This document shows, piece after piece, positions 18,689 through 28,472 of a stretch of 32,000 bases of DNA. The DNA lies in NCBI GenBank assembly GCA_046497275.1, contig JAWOFX010000084.1, positions 30,001 through 62,000 of the forward strand. The letters run 5' to 3'. Numbering within the stretch: the stretch's first letter is position 1; every line of letters starts with the position of its first letter. The notes beneath the pieces are model-generated. The model had not been told where the DNA came from and did no database searches. It was given only the letters and a program-made list of their open reading frames with translations. This stretch comes from Promethearchaeia archaeon (GTDB lineage Archaea > Asgardarchaeota > Lokiarchaeia > Sigyniarchaeales > SOKP01). A program made the translations under genes and the position numbers.

Positions 18689-19732
18689 CTAAAATAAATG
18701 CTGATCCACAGTTTTAGAGCCGTAATCAGCTTGTCGTACTTTCACGATATCTATTTTTGGAATACCTATATCCTCAATCATTTGCTGAGCATCATCAAGA
18801 TCTTCAGTTCTGCATAAACAATGAATATTAGGACCCGCATCAACCGTGAAATAAAACTCGATTCCTTCGTTCTTTCTTTTGCGTGTAATGGTTTTAATAA
18901 CTTTTAATGTATTAGGATTCCAATAAAACAAGGGGGGACTGGAAGTCATCATTACACTATGCATATAAAGACAATTTTTCTCGGCGATTTGTCCGACTGT
19001 GCTAAAATCATTATCTTCTATGGCTTTTTTTATCTCTTCGCTTTGTTTTAGGGATTGTTCTATTCTTATTTGATTGAAAGCACTGGATTGTGCATAATTA
19101 ATTCCCACATCAGAAGACACCTCCTTTTCTCCTCTATTAATAACTGCGATGACAGCGGCGATATCAAATTCATTACATTGACATAATTGTTCAGCGTAGG
19201 AAGAATCATGAGAATTTCCTCGGTGCCACCATACAAATCCCCCATGAATTGAGCGAGATGCGGAGCCTGACCCTAATCGCGCATACTTCGACAGTTCTTT
19301 CTTGTCCAGATTGAGATTTAATGCTTTCGCAGCGCAAGTCGCGAGTGCGGCGAATGCTGATGCTGATGATGCTAACCCTGCTGCGGTAGGAAATTTATTT
19401 TCACTAACCATTTTAAAATTAAGGTCAATTCCCGCTAATTCTTTCAACGGATTAACTACTTTATTTATTCTTTCCATCTGGATACGATTGAATGGAATTA
19501 AGGTCTCTTGGTCCTTTAAGAACCCTGTGTCTTCAGAAAATTCTTCAGAAAATTCAATTGTTGTATGAGTAAGGAGTCGGATTCCCGTGGCTTCGGTATC
19601 AATAGATTCTTTTGTCATGCTTATACTATCATTTGTAGGAATATTAAGATGGGAAGGATGATTTGGATTACGCCCCCAATACTTTATGAGGGCAATATTA
19701 GGATGTGCTAAACTTGAGGCTTTAAATTTCAT
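18689..19732 (-). CDS. mvaD: Diphosphomevalonate/phosphomevalonate decarboxylase (GHMP family)
   Basis: AHPNIALIKYWG, FPTAAGLASSASAFAAL, GSGSASRS, FTVDAGPNIH. Confidence 0.9.
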   Translation of the reverse strand: MKFKASSLAHPNIALIKYWGRNPNHPSHLNIPTNDSISMTKESIDTEATGIRLLTHTTIEFSEEFSEDTGFLKDQETLIPFNRIQMERINKVVNPLKELAGIDLNFKMVSENKFPTAAGLASSASAFAALATCAAKALNLNLDKKELSKYARLGSGSASRSIHGGFVWWHRGNSHDSSYAEQLCQCNEFDIAAVIAVINRGEKEVSSDVGINYAQSSAFNQIRIEQSLKQSEEIKKAIEDNDFSTVGQIAEKNCLYMHSVMMTSSPPLFYWNPNTLKVIKTITRKRKNEGIEFYFTVDAGPNIHCLCRTEDLDDAQQMIEDIGIPKIDIVKVRQADYGSKTVDQHLF

Positions 19733-19957
19733 AAAACATCTTGATTTTTTTTTATTAATAAATAACTACTTTCCTACTACAAAAAAAAGTTTTCCTTTAT
19801 ATACTACTAATTTACGGAATTTTTAAGATAAGATCGTCGAAAAATCTAAATTCCGTTAATGATAACTTTTCATGTATTAATCACATAGTATTTTATTAAA
19901 TAGATTTTATAATTTATAAACTAAAGGTCTTAATACCGAAGAAGATGATTTAAGATT

Positions 19958-21121
19958 ATGAAAGAGTATTCTTCAGATATATCTGGTTTTTATAAACTTA
20001 CTATTGAGGAAAGGTTAAATCTCATCAAGGAAAAAGTTGGACTTACGAATGAGGAGACATCAGTTCTTAAAAATTTTGGATATTATAAACCAGAAGAGAT
20101 GGATATTATAATCGAAAATGTAATTGGAAGTTATCAATTACCGTATTCAATTGCCTGTAATTTTAAAATTAATGGGAGAGATTATCTTGTTCCGATGGTA
20201 CTGGAAGAGCCCTCTGTGGTGGCTGCGGCATCCAATATTGCCCGAATGACTCGCGATACGGGAGGGTTTCATTGTGAAAAAATTGATCAAATTATGATAG
20301 GGCAAGTCCAGATTGTAGATATTGAAAATGTTCCAAAAGCAGTTAGTGAAATTGAAGCACATAAAGAAAAGATTATTAAAATGGCAAATGAACAGGATCC
20401 TATTCTTATTAAATTTGGGGGAGGTGTGGTAGATGTTAAAGTCAGACCCATTGAAACAAAAAAAGGTCCTATGATCATTGTTCATTTACTTGTCAATGTA
20501 TTGGATGCGATGGGAGCTAACGCTGTAAACACTATGGCAGAAGCTGTAGCACCTTACTTGTCAGAATTAGCGAATGGAAACGTTTATCTTAGGATTATTT
20601 CTAATTTAGCAATCCATAGAATGGCACGGTGCAGAGCAACTTTTGACAAAGAAATGTTAGGAGGAGAGGACGCTGTTGAGGGAATATTGTATGCTTATGC
20701 ATTTGCAGAAGCTGATCCATATCGAGCAGCAACTCATAACAAAGGAATTATGAATGGAATTATCGCATTAGCATTGGCAACGGGCAACGATACACGAGCC
20801 ATTGAAGCGGGTGCCCATGTGTATGCTTCATTAGATGGATATTCTCCATTAAGTAAATTTGAGAAAGATGCAGATGGAAATTTAGTTGGTGAATTAGAAC
20901 TCCCGCTTGCATTTGGAATTATAGGAGGATTAACTAAAACCCATCCATTAGCACGAATTTCTTTGAAGATTCTTGGTGTGGAGAGCGCTGAAGAGTTAGC
21001 TCAGGTTGCTGTAGCGCTCGGCCTTTGTCAAAATGTAGCTGCCTTACGTGCTTTATCATCAGAAGGAATTCAAGCAGGTCATATGAAATTACATAAAAGA
21101 AAAGAACAAAAAATGAAATAA
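19958..21121 (+). CDS. mvaA: Class II HMG-CoA reductase
   Basis: IENVIG, EEPSVVAAAS, DAMGANAVNT, ISNL, RAATHNKGIMNG, GNDTRAIEAGAH, GHMKLH. Confidence 0.92.
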   Translation: MKEYSSDISGFYKLTIEERLNLIKEKVGLTNEETSVLKNFGYYKPEEMDIIIENVIGSYQLPYSIACNFKINGRDYLVPMVLEEPSVVAAASNIARMTRDTGGFHCEKIDQIMIGQVQIVDIENVPKAVSEIEAHKEKIIKMANEQDPILIKFGGGVVDVKVRPIETKKGPMIIVHLLVNVLDAMGANAVNTMAEAVAPYLSELANGNVYLRIISNLAIHRMARCRATFDKEMLGGEDAVEGILYAYAFAEADPYRAATHNKGIMNGIIALALATGNDTRAIEAGAHVYASLDGYSPLSKFEKDADGNLVGELELPLAFGIIGGLTKTHPLARISLKILGVESAEELAQVAVALGLCQNVAALRALSSEGIQAGHMKLHKRKEQKMK

Positions 21122-21129
21122 AATTTTAT

Positions 21130-22632
21130 TTATACTTTATTTTTTTCAGCATCTTCTAAAATCTTCTCGCAGGCGAGCTGCGCAGAGATGATTGAAACCG
21201 GAACACCTACACCTGGATGGGAATACATACCCGCATAGTATAGGTTATTAACCTTTTCGCTTTTATGATGTGGGCGGAATATGGCAGTTTGAAACAAGGT
21301 ATGTGCCAAACTAAGCGCGGTTCCTTTATAGGCGTTAAATGTTTTCTTAAAATGTTCGTGAGCAACAATTCTTTTTACAACAATATGCTCTTTAATCGAC
21401 TCACCACTGAGATTCTCTACCTTTTCGATAATTTTATCAAAATACTGTTCTCGGAAGGATTCTTCATCTTCCAGATCGGCAGAGACTAAAACAAGAATCG
21501 TCATGAGTTCGCCTCCTGGAGGTACAAGGGAGGGATCGGATTGGCTGGGTACAGTAATATAAATACTTGGATCCTCAGGCCACTCCGGATTTTCAAAGAG
21601 CTGATCAAAATACTTATCCCAATCGGAGTTAAAATAGAAATTATGATGGAGAAAATTATTTAATTTCTTATTAAGACCGAGATATACCAAATACGCAGCG
21701 GGTGCGATCATCTTCTTTTTCCAATATTTTTCTTTATACGTTCTATGATTTTTATCCAGTAATTCCATCTCTCCATGATGGTAATCTCCCGTATTTAATA
21801 TAATGTCAGCGTCGAATTCCCCATTGTTTGTTATGATTTTTTTGGCGCGTTTATCATCCACTTCTATCTTAGTAACTTCAGTATTAAATTTTATTTCTAC
21901 TCCTTGTTCTAATCCCATCTTCATAATAGCATCAACAATAGACCCGAATCCCCCCATAGGATACCAAATTCCTAAATTCATGTCAACATGGGCGAGCATT
22001 GAGTACACAGCTGGGCTAGTTGGTGGCGATGCTCCAACAAAGGCAACATGATATGAAACAATTTTTTTTGCTTTATCGCTGTCAAAAAATCTGTCAACGT
22101 ATTTTTTTAATTTGGTAAATATTTTTAGTTTCAATCCATCCACAATAAGTTTTCTATCTAAAAGATCTCGAAAACTCCAATAATCTTTATAGATAAAGTT
22201 TTGAAAAGCGATATCATACATTTTTTGGGAACGTGCTAAAAAATTTTTTAATTTTTCTCCTCCATTTTCTTCAAATGTATCAAATAACTCGATGTTTTTA
22301 TTTACATCATCCATTATATCATAAGATTCATTTTCGCTAAAGTAGACACGGTATGAGGGGTCTAATCGTATTGTTTCAAAATAATCTTCTGGTTTCTTAC
22401 CAAACTCGGCAAATAAATCCTCAAATGCTTCAATCATCATATACCAAGAAGGTCCCATATCGAAAGTGTACCCTTTTTCTTTCCATACCATGGCCCGTCC
22501 TCCAGGCCTGTCATTCTTTTCTAGAATAGTTACATCAAAACCATCTTTTGCCAACAAGGCAGCAGCAGATAAACCTGAAAATCCAGCGCCTATTACAAAA
22601 ACCTTTCTTTCTTTATTTTCGGTCATTATCAC
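21130..22632 (-). CDS. crtI: Phytoene desaturase family
   Basis: VIGAGFSGLSAAALLAKDG, EKNDRPGGRA, FDMGPSWY, GIWYPMGG, NLYYAGMYSHPGVGVP; translationally coupled to crtB (overlapping stop/start). Confidence 0.88.
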   Translation of the reverse strand: MIMTENKERKVFVIGAGFSGLSAAALLAKDGFDVTILEKNDRPGGRAMVWKEKGYTFDMGPSWYMMIEAFEDLFAEFGKKPEDYFETIRLDPSYRVYFSENESYDIMDDVNKNIELFDTFEENGGEKLKNFLARSQKMYDIAFQNFIYKDYWSFRDLLDRKLIVDGLKLKIFTKLKKYVDRFFDSDKAKKIVSYHVAFVGASPPTSPAVYSMLAHVDMNLGIWYPMGGFGSIVDAIMKMGLEQGVEIKFNTEVTKIEVDDKRAKKIITNNGEFDADIILNTGDYHHGEMELLDKNHRTYKEKYWKKKMIAPAAYLVYLGLNKKLNNFLHHNFYFNSDWDKYFDQLFENPEWPEDPSIYITVPSQSDPSLVPPGGELMTILVLVSADLEDEESFREQYFDKIIEKVENLSGESIKEHIVVKRIVAHEHFKKTFNAYKGTALSLAHTLFQTAIFRPHHKSEKVNNLYYAGMYSHPGVGVPVSIISAQLACEKILEDAEKNKV

Positions 22633-23462
22633 TTCAACCTAAATTTAAATGTATTTTTTAAAATGGTGGAAATTATCTTAAATTTAGAAGGCTTGACTTT
22701 CTCTTCATATATAATGAATGGATTATCCTTGATCTTTAATGCCGTCCAATTATACATATCTGAAGCAGTTTTTATTGGGATTAAATATCTTCTTGGTATA
22801 TATTTAAATCCCTGTTCAGCCTCCGTTTGCCACTTAAAGTAATAGTCAATTTGAGTATCAATGAATTTTTTGAATTCTTCTTTATTTCTCATCGTCTCTT
22901 CTTTCTTTAATGATTCAAGATTAAAATCAAATAATGGAAGATAGCGCCTTCCGTATTTAATATCTTCCTTAACATCTCGAATAAAATTAATATACTGCAT
23001 TGCCCTCCCTAATCTTTCAGCGGCAAAATAAGATGTCTCTGGCAAATCAAGAATTTTCGCCATAAATAACCCAATAACTTCTGCAGATCCATGTATATAT
23101 TCAAGAGTTTCTTCTAATGTGTCATAATTCTTTTTAGTAAGGTCTAATTCCATTGCATAAAGAAAATCATCAACCCACTCGGGTTTAAAATTTTTCCTTC
23201 GCATTAAATCCACGAATGAATCTATAACTATATCATCAACTTTCTCTCCTGAAAGTGCTTTTCTATATCTTTCGCAGAAATCTAAAAATTCTTCTTTTTT
23301 TTGTGGAACAGTATCTACAAAATCGTCAGCAACTCTTACAAATCCATATAAAATGAAAACATCTTTCCTTACAGCTCTAGGAAAGAAAATGCTACTATTG
23401 AAATAAGTCCTACTTCCTTTTTTAAAAATTTCCTTAAAAACTTCATCCTCGTCTTTACTCAT
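22629..23462 (-). CDS. crtB: Phytoene synthase
   Basis: GSRTYF, YGFVRVADDFVD, YIHGSAEVIG, LGRAMQYINFIRDVKED, RRYLP. Confidence 0.88.
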   Translation of the reverse strand: MSKDEDEVFKEIFKKGSRTYFNSSIFFPRAVRKDVFILYGFVRVADDFVDTVPQKKEEFLDFCERYRKALSGEKVDDIVIDSFVDLMRRKNFKPEWVDDFLYAMELDLTKKNYDTLEETLEYIHGSAEVIGLFMAKILDLPETSYFAAERLGRAMQYINFIRDVKEDIKYGRRYLPLFDFNLESLKKEETMRNKEEFKKFIDTQIDYYFKWQTEAEQGFKYIPRRYLIPIKTASDMYNWTALKIKDNPFIIYEEKVKPSKFKIISTILKNTFKFRLK

Positions 23463-23621
23463 AATTCAACTCACTGAAAGCAAATTTTAGATTTATCATG
23501 GATTAAGAAATTTTGATAAATTTCCATTTTAATGTAGCATTTACTTTAAAATTATTATAATTTATGTTTAGTAAATATAAATATTTTTAGCGAAATAAAA
23601 AGAAATTTCATGCTCACTGAA

Positions 23622-23654
23622 ATACGATAAGGGATCCATCGTATATTTTATAAA
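23622..23654 (+). promoter_or_regulatory. Putative operator palindrome (ATACGAT-N9-ATCGTAT) next to a TATA-like TTTATAAA upstream of crtZ
   Basis: 7-bp perfect arms at 23622-23628 and 23638-23644; TTTATAAA at 23647-23654, about 40 nt before the crtZ ATG. Confidence 0.35.
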
Positions 23655-23695
23655 GTAAAATTTTATTTTTTTGCCAATTCTATAATTTAAATAAT

Positions 23696-24208
23696 ATGGG
23701 AAATCCAATCGGTTTTTTGCCACTTCCGTTTGCAATAATAACTTCCATAAGCCTCGTTGTCTTTTTCTCCGTATTTATGGAAGGATTTGCATGGTTTCTG
23801 CACAGATTTGTCATGCATAAATGGGGCTGGTATCTCCATGAAGATCATCACCGATATACAAAAGGTAAGTTCCAAAAAAATGATAGTTTTGCTTTATTTT
23901 TCAGTATATTATCATTTCTTTTTATCGTTTCTGGTTTTATGTTTTATGATGTACTTCTCTGGATTGGCGTAGGAGTTACGTTGTATGGAATGGGTTACTT
24001 TATCTTCCATGATGTTTTATTTCATAAGAGAATTAGAAATCATTATAGGCCTAAAAATCGATATATGAAAAGGATATTTAACGCTCATTCATTTCACCAC
24101 CAAACAACAAATAGAAAAGGTTCGGATGGATATTCATATGGATTTCTTTATTCAAGCAAAAAATATATTAAAATGGCAAATGAATTAAAAAATAAGAAAA
24201 ATAAATAA
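23696..24208 (+). CDS. crtZ: Beta-carotene hydroxylase-like protein (membrane di-iron, fatty acid hydroxylase superfamily)
   Basis: MEGFAWFLHRFVMHKWGWYLHEDHH, FHDVLFHKR, AHSFHH, YGFL; His boxes are intact. Confidence 0.85.
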   Translation: MGNPIGFLPLPFAIITSISLVVFFSVFMEGFAWFLHRFVMHKWGWYLHEDHHRYTKGKFQKNDSFALFFSILSFLFIVSGFMFYDVLLWIGVGVTLYGMGYFIFHDVLFHKRIRNHYRPKNRYMKRIFNAHSFHHQTTNRKGSDGYSYGFLYSSKKYIKMANELKNKKNK

Positions 24209-24232
24209 TAAAAAAAAATAATTGATTGTATT

Positions 24233-25852
24233 ATGAGCGAATCGAACAATGATTTTTTCTTTAATGTAGGTATTGATTCAATGGGTTTTTACACTACAAA
24301 GCATTATGTTGATCTCACAGAATTAGCAGAAATTAGAGGTGTAGATCCAAACAAATATCTAATAGGCTTATTAACGAAACAAATGCGTATACCGGGACCA
24401 GGAGAAGATATTGTAAGCATGGCGGTAAAAGCGAGCCAGCACGCCTTGATGAAAGGGAACATTGATCCGAACGAGATCGATGCAGTTTTTCTTGGGACAG
24501 AAACCATGACCTATGCTGTAAAATCTGTTTCGAATATACTTTCTGAAATTTTAGACAGTTCAGTAAATTGTGTAACACAAGATGTCTACAATGCATGTGC
24601 GGGTGCAACACTAGCAGTTCTAAATGCGGTAGGATTAATCAATGATGGAATAATAAATAAAGCGATGGTTATTGGGGCAGATATTTGTAGTTATGAACTT
24701 GAAAGTCCCGGAGAACCAACTCAAGGAGCGGCTGCTGCTGCATTAGTTATTAGTAAAAATCCTCGGATCGCAGCTTTCGGAAAAAAATTTGGTAAATTAT
24801 CTGCAAATGTGTTTGATTTTTATAGATTACCTAAGGAGGAATATCCAGTAGTTTTTGGCAAATTTTCGATAGATTCATATGTTAGATTTCAAATGGGAGC
24901 GTTAGACGACTTTTACCAATACGCAGGAAATATCATCCCTGATTATTTAGTATTTCACTCTCCTTTTGCTAAATTACCTTTAAAAAACATAGAAAATCTT
25001 TTATTAAATAGATGGACCTTGATGAAGAAAATTCTACTTAATAAATCAGTGGATACCGAGAGCCCTGTTAAAATTCAGGAAGAAGCTTCTATAAATTTAG
25101 AGAAACTAGTTAACAATGTCTTGGATGATATAAAGAGAGAGGAAAATTTATCAAATACTGAGGACCTTAAAAATGATTTGATTAAAAGCCTTACCAACAA
25201 GGTGCTTCCAGCACTCAATGTCCCGATGTCAATTGGAAATATGTATTCTGCGTCTGTGTGGGGACAATTAATTTACATGTTAGAGAGCGTTGTAGAAGAG
25301 AATGATTTGATCTATTTTGGATCTTATGGATCGGGAGCAACGTGTATTTCAGGATTACTAAAAGTTATGCCAGAATTCAAAAAGATAGTAGAACAAACAC
25401 CTAAAGTAGAAAATTATATAGAGAAGAAAAAACAGATATCAATTGAAGAATATGAACGGTTAAGAAAAGAGAGTGATACTAGAAAATATGCATATGCTGA
25501 GATTGAACCTCATCCTTCGAATAAAAATTTCTTTATCAAAATGAACATCTGTGAAGGGGGTTGTTTGATATCAAAATTGGATGGAGTTGATTTTTGTCCA
25601 GATGGAAAAAACGATACTTATGTACTACGCTTACCTATGTATGCGATGGTTAAATCTGATCCTGTAGATACTATAGATGAGAAAGATTTATTAAATGAAA
25701 CTATTGTAAGGGTAACTCCTAAAACGAAAAAAGGGCAAATTGTCGAATATACTTTGCTTAGGGCTGGAAAAAACGAATCATTAGTTTGCGTTCAAAGCGG
25801 ATATATTAATTGGATTCCTACATATAAACCAGTGCCTTATCCACTCATATAG
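24233..25852 (+). CDS. mvaS: HMG-CoA synthase with an internal insertion and a C-terminal extension (possibly DUF35-like)
   Basis: GTETMTYAVK, NACAGAT (catalytic Cys), EPTQGAAA, FHSPF (His), IGNMYSAS, FGSYGSG; 539 aa. Confidence 0.85.
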   Translation: MSESNNDFFFNVGIDSMGFYTTKHYVDLTELAEIRGVDPNKYLIGLLTKQMRIPGPGEDIVSMAVKASQHALMKGNIDPNEIDAVFLGTETMTYAVKSVSNILSEILDSSVNCVTQDVYNACAGATLAVLNAVGLINDGIINKAMVIGADICSYELESPGEPTQGAAAAALVISKNPRIAAFGKKFGKLSANVFDFYRLPKEEYPVVFGKFSIDSYVRFQMGALDDFYQYAGNIIPDYLVFHSPFAKLPLKNIENLLLNRWTLMKKILLNKSVDTESPVKIQEEASINLEKLVNNVLDDIKREENLSNTEDLKNDLIKSLTNKVLPALNVPMSIGNMYSASVWGQLIYMLESVVEENDLIYFGSYGSGATCISGLLKVMPEFKKIVEQTPKVENYIEKKKQISIEEYERLRKESDTRKYAYAEIEPHPSNKNFFIKMNICEGGCLISKLDGVDFCPDGKNDTYVLRLPMYAMVKSDPVDTIDEKDLLNETIVRVTPKTKKGQIVEYTLLRAGKNESLVCVQSGYINWIPTYKPVPYPLI

Positions 25853-25895
25853 GTGAGTAGATAATAGAAATTTGGGATTAATCCTTTAATAATTA

Positions 25896-26990
25896 CTATA
25901 TTTCTAATTTTCTTTCTTTTATCCACTCTTTTAGAGAAGAACTAATTACAATAGGAGCATTTTTTAGTTCAACAGGATTTCTACTACTTGTTAATAGCAT
26001 AGTGATTTTTAATTCTGTTAAAGTTTTTTCTATGAAATTTTCAATTGAAGTTGAACCTTCTAGAGCAACCATTAGGAATGGTCGAGCCATAGCAGCGTAA
26101 TGTGCTCCAATTCTTAACGCTTTTGCTACATCAATTCCGTTTCTAATTCCACCACTCCCAATTATTTTAGTTAGTGAAGATTGATTTACCACTGAACTTA
26201 CCTCAAGAATGCTTGCAGCGGTTGGAATCCCCCAGTCCCAATATAACTTCCCTAAATCCATTTTGGATTGAATTTTTTCTTTTTTTGCTCTATAATATTC
26301 AACCGCGACCCAACTAGTCCCTCCCACACCAGAAACATCAATGACTTCTACTCCGATTTCAACTAATTTCTGTGCAATTTCTTTAGAAATTCCACATCCA
26401 CACTCTTTAACTACAATTGGGATTTTATATTGATTCTTAATCGTTTTTATTTTTTCAATTGTTCCAGAAAATACTTTATCACCTTCTGGTTGAATCAATT
26501 CTTGAATCACATTGAGATGTATTGCTAACGCATCCGCTTTAATGTTATCAATAATAGTTGCAATGTAATCAAAGTTTTCAGAAGCTGCCACTTGAGCTAT
26601 TCCTATATTTCCAACTATAGGAATATCTGGGGCATTTTCTCTCACGGCAGAAAATGTTTCTTTGGTTTCTGGATGTCTAACAATAACTCTTTGACTCCCA
26701 ACCATCATTGGGATATTATATTTTTGAGCAGCTTTAGCTAAAGACACATTGATTTTTTTTGTTAATTCTGTTCCACCAGTCATCGCTCCAACGATTATTG
26801 GAGCAGAGATTGATTTTCCTAGAAATTCGCTGGATAAATTGATATCGTCTAGATTTAATTCTGGTAATGCACTCTGCACAAATCTTATATGCTCCATCCA
26901 TGTGGTCTCATTACTCTCGACATCCTCTTCGCTTACGAGTAAAATATGCTCATCTTTTCTATTGGTTATGGGAATTTTAGATATATCCAT
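25896..26990 (-). CDS. fni: Type 2 isopentenyl-diphosphate isomerase (FMN-dependent)
   Basis: RKDEHI, AMTGG, VGSQR, HLNVIQELIQPEGD, VKECGCG, GVGGTSW, WGIPT, SGGIRNG; AGGTGA SD-like motif upstream. Confidence 0.93.
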   Translation of the reverse strand: MDISKIPITNRKDEHILLVSEEDVESNETTWMEHIRFVQSALPELNLDDINLSSEFLGKSISAPIIVGAMTGGTELTKKINVSLAKAAQKYNIPMMVGSQRVIVRHPETKETFSAVRENAPDIPIVGNIGIAQVAASENFDYIATIIDNIKADALAIHLNVIQELIQPEGDKVFSGTIEKIKTIKNQYKIPIVVKECGCGISKEIAQKLVEIGVEVIDVSGVGGTSWVAVEYYRAKKEKIQSKMDLGKLYWDWGIPTAASILEVSSVVNQSSLTKIIGSGGIRNGIDVAKALRIGAHYAAMARPFLMVALEGSTSIENFIEKTLTELKITMLLTSSRNPVELKNAPIVISSSLKEWIKERKLEI

Positions 26991-27156
26991 ATTTTCACCT
27001 TATCAAATTATTATTTATAATTTCTGTGAATTTTTAAGATTTCTTTATAATATAATCTTTTTCTGTTTTAATTCTAGATTTATATGACACACAATAAGTT
27101 TTAAAAAATTATTCTTTATTTTTACATAGTATTATTAAGAATTAAAATTAGGAAAT

Positions 27157-28425
27157 TTGAAAATGCTTCAAGTGGGAATAATTGGTGCTGGAGTTATCTC
27201 AAAATTGAATGCTTTAGGATATATTTATTCTAAAGATGCGGAAATAGTTGCCATAGCAGATAAAGATAAGGATAATGCTATTGAAAAACTGGAACGCTGG
27301 GGAATTAGAACAGCAAAAGTCTATGAGGATTATAAGCAAATGGTCGATAAGGAGGATTTAGATATTATAGAGATCCTAACACCTCATCACCTACACGCGC
27401 CCATGACAGAATATTGTGCTCAAGCGGGAGTTCCAGCTGTATCTGTTCAGAAACCAATGGCACATAACATTACAGACTGTCAGAAAATGATTGATACTTG
27501 CAAGGAAAATGATGTCAAATTGAAAGTATTTGAAAACTTTATATTTGCTCCCCATATATTAAAAGCAAAAGAGCTATTAGATCAAGGGATTATTGGAGAA
27601 CGACTTAATTTTCGTATTAACACAGTTCTGACTGGGGGACCTCATATGCATTATAGTTTGATTGAATCATATCTATGGCGGATTCAGGTTGACAAATGTG
27701 GCGGCGGACCTTTAATTTACGATGATGGCATTCATAAATTTTCACTAGCCTTATGGTTGATGAATCAAGAGAGAGTGGAGAAAGTTTATGCATGGATAGA
27801 TTATTTCTCGGGTATTATGGACGGTCCAAGTAATATTTTTTGGAAATATCCTTGTGAGGAAAATGAAGCACCAAAATATGGTTCTATGGAATTCAGTTTA
27901 GCTCCTAACTTTTATTTCCCAAGTAATTATTATGCCTGCGAAGAATTTATTGAGATTTCTGGAACGAAAGGTATAATGTGGATTAACCAATGTACATCAG
28001 GTGGGAATTTCCTCTCAAATACTTCCCAATATCCTCCCATTGTAGTATATTCTGAAGGAAAGGTAAAAAATTATGGAGAGGATTTGCCATTGGATTGGAA
28101 ATATTCCTTCATAAATTCAACAGAAAACTTCATTGATGCAATAAAAAATGACAAACGATATTTATACAAAGGTGAGGTGGGCATGAACCTTTCTATCTTT
28201 GCAAAAATGCCATATATTTCAAATCAAGAACAGAGAGAGGTATTTTGGGATGAAATTACTCCAAAAAATGAAGCAAATAATTCATGTGTAGTGGAAAAAT
28301 TCTTTACTAAACGAAAATCCATTTTTCAGATGCTTAAATATAATTGGCGCGTAAGAAAAGATTTGAAAAAAGGAGAAAAACAAGGATTAAATTATACTGA
28401 TTTTAAATACCAGTATGAGAAATAA
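27157..28425 (+). CDS. Gfo/Idh/MocA family oxidoreductase
   Basis: VGIIGAG Rossmann motif, LTPHHLH, VQKPMA, DDGIH; TTG start. Confidence 0.85.
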   Translation: MKMLQVGIIGAGVISKLNALGYIYSKDAEIVAIADKDKDNAIEKLERWGIRTAKVYEDYKQMVDKEDLDIIEILTPHHLHAPMTEYCAQAGVPAVSVQKPMAHNITDCQKMIDTCKENDVKLKVFENFIFAPHILKAKELLDQGIIGERLNFRINTVLTGGPHMHYSLIESYLWRIQVDKCGGGPLIYDDGIHKFSLALWLMNQERVEKVYAWIDYFSGIMDGPSNIFWKYPCEENEAPKYGSMEFSLAPNFYFPSNYYACEEFIEISGTKGIMWINQCTSGGNFLSNTSQYPPIVVYSEGKVKNYGEDLPLDWKYSFINSTENFIDAIKNDKRYLYKGEVGMNLSIFAKMPYISNQEQREVFWDEITPKNEANNSCVVEKFFTKRKSIFQMLKYNWRVRKDLKKGEKQGLNYTDFKYQYEK

Positions 28426-28472
28426 ATCCTTATTCATTCTATTCCGTTTATTAAATAATGGGAAAATCCGAT

